DNA of 32,000 nucleotides from Candidatus Scalindua sp. (GTDB lineage Bacteria; Planctomycetota; Brocadiia; Brocadiales; Scalinduaceae): NCBI GenBank assembly GCA_031316235.1, contig JALDRA010000001.1, positions 510,001 to 542,000 of the forward strand, read 5' to 3'. Shown piece by piece: positions 1 to 9,582 of this stretch (position 1 is its first letter; each line of letters starts with the position of its first letter). The notes under the pieces were generated by a model. It saw only the letters and a program-made list of their open reading frames with translations, ran no database searches and was not told where the DNA came from. The position numbers and the translations under genes were made by a program.

Positions 1-167
1 ATATATCGATTAGCGGCAGCAGCCACTTCTTGTCTTAAAGCGGGTTCCTGCCACAAAACACGAGTAAGAATGATAGTGTCAACATTCATAATTCCGGTAA
101 CCATACATGCCAGCACCAGCATTATCCATTGGACTTGTCGCTTGTACCAGCCTGAGACTCTCTCCAT
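1..167 (-). CDS. N-terminal part of a membrane protein whose body lies left of the window (MERVSGWYKRQVQWIMLVLACMVTGIMNVDTIILTRVLWQEPALRQEVAAAANRY...)
   Basis: Own translation of the minus strand. The ATG at 167 opens a frame that is still open at base 1 and contains one clear hydrophobic helix. It is absent from the supplied track because fewer than 60 aa fall inside the window. This ATG has no SD; a strong AAGGAG plus ATG (214-199) lies in another frame (see findings). Confidence 0.4.
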   Translation of the reverse strand, partial: MERVSGWYKRQVQWIMLVLACMVTGIMNVDTIILTRVLWQEPALRQEVAAAANRY

Positions 168-502
168 TGAGTTATCAAACCATGAAAGCTGATCCGAACA
201 TCTTTATTCTCCTTTCTGATTAGTTTTTGCATGTTTTATCTATTGCCCCAAAGCTGTCACTCCCCCATCTTTCCGGCGGAAGTCCAGGATGAACGGTTCT
301 CTGGACGGTTTCAATTCAACCACACGGTCTCCATTCATGAAACGATACTCATCTCATAAAGGGAACCGTTCGTTAACACTGCATCTATTCCCGAAGCGTG
401 AAAAGAACGAAGGCCTGTGAAAGCAAAGGGAATTGTTAAACCAGTTTCAGCTGTTTTTATGAAGATCTTGATTAATTCAAAGAAAGAATTTACGATGTGT
501 GA

Positions 503-614
503 TATACTAAAACCGATTTGGTTTCCGGTTTTACCGGAAACCAAATCCTGGTGAAGGTATACCCGCTCAATTTTATCTCGGATTTTATCCGAAATCCAGT
601 ATGAGATGAGTATA
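503..614 (-). repeat. Family-1 MITE-like structured repeat, copy 1 (112 bp, short form, reverse orientation)
   Basis: Near-identical to 22089-22200 in reverse complement. Termini are TATACT...AGTATA. It contains a perfect 15-bp stem, gatttggtttccggt/accggaaaccaaatc. It ends 12 nt from the stop of the 626-2437 gene. Confidence 0.85.
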
Positions 615-625
615 TTTGCTCAATA

Positions 626-2437
626 TTACGACTTAACAGCCACTTCAAGATCAATCACAAAATCATCGACAAGTTCAATTTCTTCATCGGAATCTAAAAT
701 ATTCGCTGCTGTCGACCTCTCATTCAGAAAAACCTTCCACTTCCCAAATGGACTGGCATTGAAGATCAGGGATGTTCCTGCACTTTCAGGCCGATACGTC
801 CTGCTGCGATTGCTGATCCGGCCAATTCGTATAGAAGGAATGGATGACTGATCGAGATCAACTACCCTCCCCTGTTTGTGGTAACTAAAACTTCGTTTAG
901 GCAGATCAACACGTGTCATCCATACACCACCGGCACGACTTCCCGATATATAAGCACTTATGCCCCGCAGCCTGACATGCTTCTGATCAGGAAATGAACT
1001 CTCCGGAATCTCGAATTCCCATTGGCCAATTTTTCTCCCCTCATACCACTTTTTGTCACCAACTGCCTGTCGTATCGAGATTGAAAATGTATAATTCTGA
1101 TCAAGCAGAGAAGTATTGTCCAGCCATTGAACCGCATCATTCACCCACACGAAGCATTCGTCCAGAAGTGAATACGAGACCTCCCGGACTTCCTTCGCTG
1201 CACGAGCACCATGTAACTGCTGAGCCATAGACTCCGGCAGCTCTGTTTTATAACCATAAATAAGCCGCAAGCCTTCATAGGCCGCTTTTATTCGTGCAAG
1301 AGCCTGTCGAAAATCCCTCTCGAATTGGAGGCGAATCTGATCCATCTGATCAACGTAATTGAGAGAACCTCCCTGTTCAGTTGCCAGCCGGATCTTCAAA
1401 TCTCCTATCTCTCTGGCAGCTTGAGCTCTCCTTCTCCTGAATTCAATGTCATTTTTTGACCACTCTTTCTGTTGATTCAGTGCCGCATTTTTCTCTTTTG
1501 CAACATTTCGCTCCATATCGTTCTTATACTTCCTGGTATACAATGCATATCTTTTATTATGCATATCGTAAAAACTCTGCTCAAAAGCCGCATTTTTCGC
1601 ATGTTCCGCAAATTTACCAGGCTTAAAGTTCCAGGTAATATTTAAGGCATTATTCACATACGGTGTCTCATGACTCGGATAATAGGGCAATAGAGCAAGC
1701 AGTTGAACATTGCCAGACTGTCTGTTCATTGCATCAAGATTAAAATTTTTTTCAAGAGCAGATTCAATCAGAGCTGAAACATCATGTGAACCTTTTTTCT
1801 GTGCAGCCAGTGCGTTGAATTCGGCAACACTTTGCTTATAAGGTAACGTATAAATTCCCGCCTCTATCTCATCCTGATGAATAGCATCGTTTATAAGGTA
1901 TTCCAGGATCTCAAGGCGTAAGTTCGCAGCTTTCTCTGCTTTCTTCTGCCATTGAGACCTCTGTTTCATTGCCCGTCCCAATAAGTCTGCAGCCTCACCA
2001 AGAAGAGACTCAACCTGGAAACTTCTCAGTTCGTCATCAATCTCCAGTGGCTTAAAAGTAAAATGGGCATCGAGAGAAAGGAGATTCGGATCAAGAGGCC
2101 CTTTCAAAAAAAGGGAAGGATCGGGTTCTTCCTTACCATCAATTCTTATCGGCATATAAAGTTCGTAAAACCGTTTGACAGTTTTTGCCCACGCTTTCTC
2201 ATCCCGTTCAAACGGCAGCTCTCCATCTCCTATCCCTTCAGAAGGGTTTTCGGGTGTAACTTCTTCACGAGCGGTCTCGGGTTCTTTCATCTCTTCATTG
2301 CTGGTATGGTGAGGTAGAACAATTTCTGCAGAATTTTTCTTCTGCGGTTCTGAAGTCAATCCCGTAACCCCGAGTCCGCTTCCTACAACCGCTGCAGCAC
2401 CTAATAACATCTCTCTTCTCTTTATGGATTTACTCAT
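626..2437 (-). CDS. Tat-signal secreted protein, 603 aa, function unknown; central coiled-coil/helical region and a C-terminal beta-rich region with a Tc-toxin-A-like sequence pattern
   Basis: Long ORF preceded by AAGGAGGG 7 nt upstream of the ATG. The N-terminus MSKSIKRREMLLGAAAVVGSGLG has a twin-arginine motif plus an h-region. C-terminal motifs are FEIPESSFPDQKHVRLRGISAYIS and WKVFLNERS...DDFVIDLEVAVKS. Confidence 0.8.
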   Translation of the reverse strand: MSKSIKRREMLLGAAAVVGSGLGVTGLTSEPQKKNSAEIVLPHHTSNEEMKEPETAREEVTPENPSEGIGDGELPFERDEKAWAKTVKRFYELYMPIRIDGKEEPDPSLFLKGPLDPNLLSLDAHFTFKPLEIDDELRSFQVESLLGEAADLLGRAMKQRSQWQKKAEKAANLRLEILEYLINDAIHQDEIEAGIYTLPYKQSVAEFNALAAQKKGSHDVSALIESALEKNFNLDAMNRQSGNVQLLALLPYYPSHETPYVNNALNITWNFKPGKFAEHAKNAAFEQSFYDMHNKRYALYTRKYKNDMERNVAKEKNAALNQQKEWSKNDIEFRRRRAQAAREIGDLKIRLATEQGGSLNYVDQMDQIRLQFERDFRQALARIKAAYEGLRLIYGYKTELPESMAQQLHGARAAKEVREVSYSLLDECFVWVNDAVQWLDNTSLLDQNYTFSISIRQAVGDKKWYEGRKIGQWEFEIPESSFPDQKHVRLRGISAYISGSRAGGVWMTRVDLPKRSFSYHKQGRVVDLDQSSIPSIRIGRISNRSRTYRPESAGTSLIFNASPFGKWKVFLNERSTAANILDSDEEIELVDDFVIDLEVAVKS

Positions 2438-2877
2438 TTTCTTCCCTCCTTTAATTATAAATACTGTAACAGAGTGAATGCCTGAGAATTAAATTACCTG
2501 TTTTGCTGCCAACCTGTTAAAACAAACAGTTCACTCCATTTGTTCCCTTTGGAACCATTATAAGATGAGTATAGCACAATTATAGGCAGTCTGATTGTAG
2601 ATCAGCTGGCTTTTGGCTTAAGAAAACCATGTATAATCAGATTGAGCCAAATTCACGTTTATTAATAATGTATACCAGACCTTTATATCATCGCAAATAT
2701 GGCACCCTGAGTCAAGCCTCCCTTGTTCGTTGCATGTGCCTATCATACGGTAACTTACAAATTGAATAACAGTGAATATATTTGAAACATCTCAATAATT
2801 CCTCTTAAGAGTAATTTCCCTTTGCTGAGTGAAAAATGAAACAGCACTTTTCACAAAATATTTTAGGAAATTCATAC

Positions 2878-2906
2878 TTGACATAAAAAAAGCTATCTGA
2901 TAGATT
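2878..2906 (+). promoter_or_regulatory. Candidate sigma70-type promoter for 2980-3915 (TTGACA-17 nt-TAGATT)
   Basis: TTGACA at 2878-2883, a 17-nt spacer and TAGATT at 2901-2906, about 75 nt upstream of the ATG. AGGAGA RBS at 2966-2971. Confidence 0.45.
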
Positions 2907-2979
2907 AACTCCTTCATACTGCTTTGCATCGATTATTTTACACTTTACTAATTTGTTTATTTAATAGGAGACAGGAATA

Positions 2980-3915
2980 ATGGCCGGTGGAAATGTTAAG
3001 CTATTTTCGATTACTACAGTGTTCTTCGCTATTTGCGCCATACTCTTTTTTGGCCTTTCCGTTACATCTCTTCAAAAGTACACGGCACAACGTGAGAGAG
3101 TTCATAACATGGAACAAAAGTTTCTGGCTGGTAAAAAAGAGATCATGAAAGTGCCAGAGATGATTGGCAAGCTGAGAACCGCACACAAAGAAAGCAAGTC
3201 GTTGCAATCGACCGTTGCTGAACTTACTGAAACAAATGATGAATTGACTTCAGAACTTGAGGAGACCCAGAGTGAGCTTACGGTTGTCTCGATAGCAAAG
3301 GCTGTTTTAGAAATTGACAGAGACGGCTATACAAAGAATCTCATAGAAGCCAGGGAAGCCGTTGAAGTGCTGAGAAATCAGCTGAGTACCAATGATGGGG
3401 GTATGAGCCTTTACGATATTGACGATTCGACTGAATCATTGTCAGATAAAGTGGAAGAGATGGAAGATGATCTGCAGGTATCAGAGGATCTGGGAGAAAC
3501 AGAAGAAGGACTGCAGACATCAAAAGCGGAAGAAGCGGAAGAAGTGGACGCAGAAGAATCAGACCAGGGGCTCCAGACGTCAGGTGAAGAGACCCATTCG
3601 GCTGATTCTCTCCCGGATGTCGATGTTACAGAGTCTGAGGCTAAAGTATCAGAGAGTAGTACGAACAGCGATCTGCAGGAAACACTTGAATCAATCAGGA
3701 ACATAATCCTGTCCTCTCAGTTTTCCTACAGTCAGGTCGAGCGCAATTTCCTGACGAAAAAATTGAATACTTTGCTTGACCAGGCGAAGGGGCAGGCCGC
3801 TGAGTCTGCCGAACTCCTTAAAGTTATCAATGAATTTGCAGAAAAAGCCTCTTCATCTGATGCAATTATGCAGGAAGTATTGGCATCCCTTGACAAAATA
3901 CAGTCTCAACTATAA
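2980..3915 (+). CDS. Membrane-anchored acidic coiled-coil protein, function unknown
   Basis: ORF with an AGGAGA RBS. One N-terminal TM helix (LFSITTVFFAICAILFFGLSV), then heptad-like E/L/T-rich sequence and an acidic low-complexity core with repeated GLQTS units. Confidence 0.7.
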   Translation: MAGGNVKLFSITTVFFAICAILFFGLSVTSLQKYTAQRERVHNMEQKFLAGKKEIMKVPEMIGKLRTAHKESKSLQSTVAELTETNDELTSELEETQSELTVVSIAKAVLEIDRDGYTKNLIEAREAVEVLRNQLSTNDGGMSLYDIDDSTESLSDKVEEMEDDLQVSEDLGETEEGLQTSKAEEAEEVDAEESDQGLQTSGEETHSADSLPDVDVTESEAKVSESSTNSDLQETLESIRNIILSSQFSYSQVERNFLTKKLNTLLDQAKGQAAESAELLKVINEFAEKASSSDAIMQEVLASLDKIQSQL

Positions 3916-4416
3916 GAGAAAGCTGTAAAAAATACTACCGGAAGTTTCAGGCGAATTACTTGCTGAAAGCTTGTGTTTTGCCCGATAGGGTTGGGTTTTT
4001 TTTACGCTCTCCCAGTTGCTGGATATAAGGTATGGAAAACCAGCACCGGTAACCTCAGAATCAGAATTAAGACACTTGCTCTTTTTCCTGTCCATTTCAG
4101 AATCCAATCAATCCCAGCGGGATCAAAAACAAAACACTAAACTGCTGAACCTTGTCTCCATCTTACCGTTCCATTTCTCCGCATAGCTGTTCTCAAACTT
4201 TCTTTTATCTCTCAATACCTCATTATATTCAGTAGTGTCCGGTTTTATGAAACTGTTGTCTGCTCTTTCAATAGACAGAATCGAACTTGCGGTATTGTGC
4301 GCATGCCTGTCTAAGCCTCAGACCGGTATTATGCTTGACATATGGTCTGCAACAAATAAGATAATTGATCGGATTTAAAATATATTTCCAGAAACTTACC
4401 GGAAGGAAGCACTTTT

Positions 4417-5271
4417 ATGCAGGGAATTGATGACAGAAAATCAATCACACGTGAATTAATAGAAATTATGAGGAACTCAGATATTATTAACCGGCTTGAC
4501 ATTACACCAAAGGATGTTCGAATTGGTGTCTTTTATACCGGTGTAGTATTAAGCAGTGGCCATGCAGGTATGTCGTACACCCCTGTCCAGGAAATTCCAG
4601 AAGCCGTATGTTGCCCTAAATCTCATGCCAGAATGCCGGCAGCTGGCACCCTGCTTCAGCTACCGCTTTCGGAGCTCATGGATTATGCCCTCGATGACAA
4701 TGCCCTGAAAGCAGCAGTTGGTATCGCCACAATTAATGCGCTTTCTGCAATACTCCTGGAGGAAGAAACCTGTGAGTATAAGCCTTCTGCGTATGGCAAT
4801 GCCTTAGACCTTGTCCGGGTAACGGACCAGGATACGGTCGTAATGATAGGAGCCTTTCCCCCTTTTATTAAGCAGTTCCAGGAAATTGCAAAGAAACTTT
4901 TTGTAATTGAGAAAAATCCCCGAATAGTTGGTAAAGGTGACAGCATTGAAATAGAACCCGTAGCACGTCTGGAGGAGTTGGTACCTCAGGCAGACATCCT
5001 CATAATAACAGGCGTCACACTAATCAACCAGACACTTGGACCGATACTGAAGCTTGCCGGAAAAACGAGTAACATTATCGTAGTGGGGCCGACTGCCAGC
5101 ATCTTCCCAACACCTCTCTTTGAAAGAGGAGTATCTATCATGGGCGGTGTAAGGATCACAGACCCATCAAAAATGATACACCTTATTGGAGAGGCCGGAT
5201 CGGGATACGATTTTTTTGAAAATTGTGCAGAGAAAATAGTTATCCGCAGTACGGTAAAACCCTCAAGTTGA
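4417..5271 (+). CDS. DUF4213/DUF364-type Rossmann-like protein (family annotated as putative heavy-metal chelation domain)
   Basis: 284 aa. Recognised pattern: RIGVFYTGVVL...G.A...AVGIATINAL...VVMIGAFPP...ADILIITGVTLINQTL...IVVGPTAS..P..LF.RGV...GGVRITD. Family assignment is from memory. Confidence 0.6.
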   Translation: MQGIDDRKSITRELIEIMRNSDIINRLDITPKDVRIGVFYTGVVLSSGHAGMSYTPVQEIPEAVCCPKSHARMPAAGTLLQLPLSELMDYALDDNALKAAVGIATINALSAILLEEETCEYKPSAYGNALDLVRVTDQDTVVMIGAFPPFIKQFQEIAKKLFVIEKNPRIVGKGDSIEIEPVARLEELVPQADILIITGVTLINQTLGPILKLAGKTSNIIVVGPTASIFPTPLFERGVSIMGGVRITDPSKMIHLIGEAGSGYDFFENCAEKIVIRSTVKPSS

Positions 5272-5378
5272 ACGAGAGTTGCTCAGCTACAAGGCACGTA
5301 ACAATTTCGTAATCTGAACGTACCATTTATTACGGAATTGTTACAGGAACACACTAGATGGATAGCTTTCGTTCAAAC
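5268..5378. repeat. Family-2 dispersed repeat, best-preserved copy (termini GTTGAACGA...TCGTTCAAAC; internal 16-bp stem around a CTGAACGTAC loop)
   Basis: Inverted termini gttgaacga / tcgttcaaac. Stem 5298-5313 (gtaacaatttcgtaat) pairs with 5329-5344 (attacggaattgttac) with one mismatch. It fills the gap between convergent genes and overlaps the stop of 4417-5271. Related copies are listed below. Confidence 0.6.
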
Positions 5379-5379
5379 A

Positions 5380-6699
5380 CTATATATCTTTTAACAGCTT
5401 GTTCGCGTGGGATTTTTCAATTGTATCACTAAACGTCTGCAATATGTCCGACAACTCCTTTAACTCTTTGGTTTGTGCAACAGGTATATCATGAATCCCC
5501 CTTTTATCAAGGGCATTGATGGTATATTTAATGGTCAGCATATTAATGTCTCTTGCAGGCTGGTATGCTGATTCTTCCACCTTATCAGAATAAGTTTCAG
5601 AAACGATCCCGCTCTCAACCAGTTCATCCAGTATCTGACCCATCAGGCGTGAGGGAATTTTAAGTGCACGTGAAATAAAATCTGAGGTTAAGGGTTTCTC
5701 TCCCTGCGAAAAATTTTTTATTACCATATTTGCTGTGCAGAGAGACAGAAGTCTTTTATACGAAGTACTTATCTTTAGACATTCCGCCTCAAATTCAAAG
5801 GACTCGGCGTTTTGATGGACATAGGAAATTTCTGCGCCAAAGAGGACTATCATCCAACTTAGCTGCAGCCATATTAAAAAGAGCGGGAGAGCAGCAAAAC
5901 TTCCATAAATGGCATTATATTGTGCTACCGTAACCTGAAAATTGATATAGGCTAATTGTGCAAGTTGATATACAGTACCCGCAATAGCCCCTGCAACAAA
6001 ACCGGAACGAATTCTGACCCTGGTGTTAGGCATAAAGACGTACATAAACATGAAAACGCCGCCAATCAAACAGTAAGGGAACAATTTCAACAAAAACAAG
6101 ATGAGGAAACTGAAAGCCCCAAAAAACTCAAATCTCTCAGTTATGTGTTCAATCTGTGTCTTGATAAAAACAGTAGTACTGCTTGACATGATGATGAGAA
6201 TCGGGCAGATAAGGGTGATAGAGAGATAATCGCTCAATTTTCTCCCTAATTTTCGCGATTTTCTTATCCCCCAGATGTCATTAAATGAGCGCTCTATATT
6301 GGCTAATAATTTTATTACTATCCAGAAAAGAACTGCTACCCCAACACCAGCTATCATACCCCCTTTTGTCTCTTCAAGGAGTGAACGTGCGAAACCGACG
6401 ACCTGTATGAGAATCTCTTCCTGGCCGGGAAATTTTTCCATGAGCTGCTTTTCAAGATTCTTTTCAAAACCAAATCCCTTCGATATGGCAAAAGCCAGTG
6501 CAACTACCGGTACGACAGAAAGTAAAGAGTAGAAGGTAAGAGCAGATGCCCTTAATCTACAGTTATGGTCCCTGTATCCGCGTATTATCAAAAGAGCCAG
6601 TCTGAGTTGTTTTATCAGGAAAATCCCGGTGCGTGAATGATTTTCAAATCGAATATTCCAGATATCGGTTTTTATGAAATTAGTTATTTTTTCTACCAT
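5380..6699 (-). CDS. YihY/BrkB (formerly 'RNase BN') family inner-membrane protein with a C-terminal soluble extension
   Basis: 439 aa and polytopic. Hallmark motif RASALTFYSLLSVVPVVALAF near the N-terminus, with about 6 TM segments and a roughly 110-aa hydrophilic tail. Confidence 0.8.
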   Translation of the reverse strand: MVEKITNFIKTDIWNIRFENHSRTGIFLIKQLRLALLIIRGYRDHNCRLRASALTFYSLLSVVPVVALAFAISKGFGFEKNLEKQLMEKFPGQEEILIQVVGFARSLLEETKGGMIAGVGVAVLFWIVIKLLANIERSFNDIWGIRKSRKLGRKLSDYLSITLICPILIIMSSSTTVFIKTQIEHITERFEFFGAFSFLILFLLKLFPYCLIGGVFMFMYVFMPNTRVRIRSGFVAGAIAGTVYQLAQLAYINFQVTVAQYNAIYGSFAALPLFLIWLQLSWMIVLFGAEISYVHQNAESFEFEAECLKISTSYKRLLSLCTANMVIKNFSQGEKPLTSDFISRALKIPSRLMGQILDELVESGIVSETYSDKVEESAYQPARDINMLTIKYTINALDKRGIHDIPVAQTKELKELSDILQTFSDTIEKSHANKLLKDI

Positions 6700-6746
6700 A
6701 ATAATTTCAGGGTTAAAATTATTTTCTGACAGTTGTTATAATGAGT

Positions 6747-6885
6747 AGTTAAATGGAAAGCCCTGTGGATAAAATGTATCTGGCCAGTTACAAGGCATGC
6801 TGCTTTCGCAACCTGAACGTACTTTAGTACTGAGGATTACAGGATTATTACCGCAACGACGCAGATCGATAGTCTTCGTTCAACC
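6747..6885. repeat. Family-2 dispersed repeat, second copy
   Basis: Shares ...cagttacaaggcatg...aacctgaacgtac...gattacagga...agatcgatagtcttcgttcaaccac with 5268-5378. The left end (agtagttaaatggaaa) resembles 22201 (gtagttgaacgaaca). Confidence 0.5.
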
Positions 6886-6896
6886 ACTCATTACTC

Positions 6897-8444
6897 TTAC
6901 TGAACCACATTGGCCTTCGACACTCCCACCTGTATGTATCTGAGCAATTGAGGGTCTTCGATGGGTCCTATTCCTACATCGATCAAAAATGACTTCCCGG
7001 GGGCAATAGTTCCTTTTACCTCCCTGATCACTTCATATGCCTTTCCCTGAGAATCCGGATATCGTACCCGTACCTTCACATCACGAACTGATACAGGGGT
7101 AGGGTTCGAAATCTGAACCATAACCATTCGGTCCTGGTTCAGCTTACCATATGTTTTCAGGTAAACGTTTGGATTTGCCGGCAAGTCCAGCGTCACCAAT
7201 AAACGTGAAGCTTCTCTACCCGATTCAGAGTTGGAAGTACCAGCTTCTTTAAAATACTTTATAGCCTCCTGCTGATTCCCCTGGGCAAGTGACAATTTGC
7301 CAAGTGCATTCAAAGCAGTTGCAGTGGGGAGTAAATCTGTGCTTTTTTCAAGATCCCTTCGTGCACCGGATTGATCCCCCAGCTTCTCTTTAGCGAGTCC
7401 GCGCTGAACATAGAAATAAAAAAATTTATCGTTATCTCTCACTGCCTTATCATAGTTTATCAAGGCCTTCCGGTATTGCTGCTGGCTCAAATAGACATCT
7501 CCGGCCAGGGCATCGAACTGCCCCTCCCCGGGTTCAATACCATTTGCCTGCTTCGCAAGAGCCAGGGCTTTCTTTGTATTCCCCTCACTGAGTGCTTTAC
7601 GCCCCTCATCGTGAGCTTCATAAGCATCCCGGGTCTTTTTTAAGTGTGCAATCTTAGCCTGATAACGCTCCGCACCGAGCTCACCGGTTGCCGGAAGAGC
7701 CTTTGCTGTCTCACGATTAGCTTCAACCCGCTCCTGTGATGGGGGGTGACTCGAGAAGAGTCCGGAGAGCCAATCGGTGTTTTTATCTTCAGACAATCGC
7801 ACAAACACCTCTTGCAGACCAATGGCTGCTCCCGGATCGTAGCCGGCGCGTGACATATAGTGCATACCGTAAAAATCTGACTCACGCTCGGCATCCCTCC
7901 CATATTTCTGATTAACAAGACCTGCTGCCATTTGGGTACCTTTAACAACAAGGTTCGCATAGTCGCTGCCTCCTGCAGCGATGCCGGCTACAGCCACAGC
8001 ACCCTGAAGCATCATCCCCCGTTCCATCCCCTGTGCCCCGTGCCTGGCAGCAGCGTGTACGATCTCATGCCCCAGCACAGCAGCAAGCTGAGCCTCATTA
8101 TCCAACTCAATCAACAAACCACGATTAACAGCTATCTTACCTCCTGGCAATGCCCACGCATTGGGTATGGAGTTATTAATAACGACAAATTCATAGGGAA
8201 GCTTACGGTCACTGACAGCAGCTAATCTCTGCCCCACACTATTGACATACTTAGTCAGCGATGGATCCACCTCATAATCTCCTCCCTGCATCTGACGACT
8301 CGGCACATACTGCTGTTCACCTATCTGAAGTTCTTGTGATTCTGGTATTATTCTTAATTGCCGTTTCCCGGTGACAGGATTAACGGCACACCCGCAGAGA
8401 GTGATAAAACACAGTGTTAGCAATACAAGGAATTTTCGTATCAC
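6897..8444 (-). CDS. M48-family zinc metalloprotease lipoprotein with a C-terminal TPR region
   Basis: GTG start with a GGAGGGAG RBS. Lipobox-like LTLCFITLCGC. HEIVHAAARH (HExxH) plus a downstream E...D region typical of M48. TPR-like repeats (ALALAKQANG..., AGDVYLSQQQYRKALINYDKAV..., YVQRGLAKEKLGD...). Confidence 0.85.
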   Translation of the reverse strand: MIRKFLVLLTLCFITLCGCAVNPVTGKRQLRIIPESQELQIGEQQYVPSRQMQGGDYEVDPSLTKYVNSVGQRLAAVSDRKLPYEFVVINNSIPNAWALPGGKIAVNRGLLIELDNEAQLAAVLGHEIVHAAARHGAQGMERGMMLQGAVAVAGIAAGGSDYANLVVKGTQMAAGLVNQKYGRDAERESDFYGMHYMSRAGYDPGAAIGLQEVFVRLSEDKNTDWLSGLFSSHPPSQERVEANRETAKALPATGELGAERYQAKIAHLKKTRDAYEAHDEGRKALSEGNTKKALALAKQANGIEPGEGQFDALAGDVYLSQQQYRKALINYDKAVRDNDKFFYFYVQRGLAKEKLGDQSGARRDLEKSTDLLPTATALNALGKLSLAQGNQQEAIKYFKEAGTSNSESGREASRLLVTLDLPANPNVYLKTYGKLNQDRMVMVQISNPTPVSVRDVKVRVRYPDSQGKAYEVIREVKGTIAPGKSFLIDVGIGPIEDPQLLRYIQVGVSKANVVQ

Positions 8445-8730
8445 GGATATCTCCCTCCAGAAAAATTCAAAGCATTAGTTTTAACCATCGACTTACACTC
8501 CATTAATAATTGAAACAGTCCTGAAAAACCAGGGCCCCACAGGTGTAACAGGTAATTGTGCAGACAGCGAATAAGATTTATTTAACAGGGTAGACCAGGG
8601 AGTGGTCAAAATACTTTTATATTAAGTACCAATAAAAGGGCTTCTCATGACGGATACCGTAAGACAGCGGGATTGAAATAAAGCTTTGTGAATTTATTAT
8701 TCTCAACCTGCACGTTCAACTAAAATACCG

Positions 8731-9351
8731 CTAACCTTCTGATGTCAGGAGATTTATCTCTTTTGGTTTCCTTTTGTCTGAAAAACTAAATACCCTCTTT
8801 AAAAATTTATACATCTTCTTAAAAAACCATACGGATAACACGATAAATATTGTCACCAGTATAGCAATTACAACAGGATGATGCAAAACCAGATACAAGG
8901 TTCCGATAACGGTAGCATCTTCAGTAACACTTGCAACAGAATTGGTTACAGGCTCAGGCGATGCATTTATGGCCAATCGTGATGTAGCCTTGACGAGATG
9001 AGAATCCAATGCAATCCCACCCGTTAAAAGTGCAACGACAATCTGCATTATCTGACTTGAATCAGACACGGCAGTATATCCTATGGCAGCACCTGCAAGA
9101 GGCCTGATAAAGGTATGAACTGTATCCCATAGTGTATCTATATAAGGGACCTTGTCAGCAATAAATTCAACGGCAAACAGAAAAACAGCAACACCTACGA
9201 TCGCAGGATGGGAAATGATTTCCAGATCACCCGGAAGCTTGATCCATTCCATCCTGTGGGCAATCCCCAGTCCAGCCATACTCAGATAGAGGTTAACACC
9301 TGATGCCCATGAACTCCCCAACAAAAGACCGATTGAGCTGATTATCTCCAT
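8731..9351 (-). CDS. DUF4126-family membrane protein
   Basis: Pattern SWASGVNLYL...GI..R...LPG.L..I..P....V...LF.VEFIADKVPYIDTLWD.VHTFIRPLAGA is typical of DUF4126 (from memory). I prefer the ATG at 9351 (MEIISSIGLL, preceded by AAAGGA) to the track start at 9423, whose extra 24 aa look non-protein-like. Confidence 0.7.
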   Translation of the reverse strand: MEIISSIGLLLGSSWASGVNLYLSMAGLGIAHRMEWIKLPGDLEIISHPAIVGVAVFLFAVEFIADKVPYIDTLWDTVHTFIRPLAGAAIGYTAVSDSSQIMQIVVALLTGGIALDSHLVKATSRLAINASPEPVTNSVASVTEDATVIGTLYLVLHHPVVIAILVTIFIVLSVWFFKKMYKFLKRVFSFSDKRKPKEINLLTSEG

Positions 9352-9582
9352 TCCTTTTACTCCCCATTTGTCTGACCTTGCCGAATTGCCAAATGAAAAC
9401 CGCAGGTTTTCAAACCTTCCCACATCATACCCATCGCAAATTATGGGACTGTCTGTTTTTGCTTTACGCTAAATGGTACCTCATCCCCCCCAAAGCTTTT
9501 TCTGTATGTTCTGGAAAGGATTGGACAACTTTTTCACCTCTATTCTTACCAGCCGATTATGGTTCCCACCACGTGTGCCCCT

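Noticed and set aside
335-544. Track ORFs running through family-1 repeat copies: 335-544, 606-851, 13088-13342, 20587-20832 and 25274-25507
   Set aside because: Their 'conserved' peptides (…IWFPVKPKIKSVL…, …GNQIGFSISH…) are just translations of the repeat. The frames differ between copies and there are no RBSs.
3910-4107. 65-aa minus-strand ORF and a possible terminator (cccgataggg ttggg tttttttt, about 3982-4008) after 2980-3915
   Set aside because: The ORF has no RBS and overlaps the stop of the upstream gene. The stem preceding the T8 run is only 3-4 bp, too weak to call a terminator with confidence.
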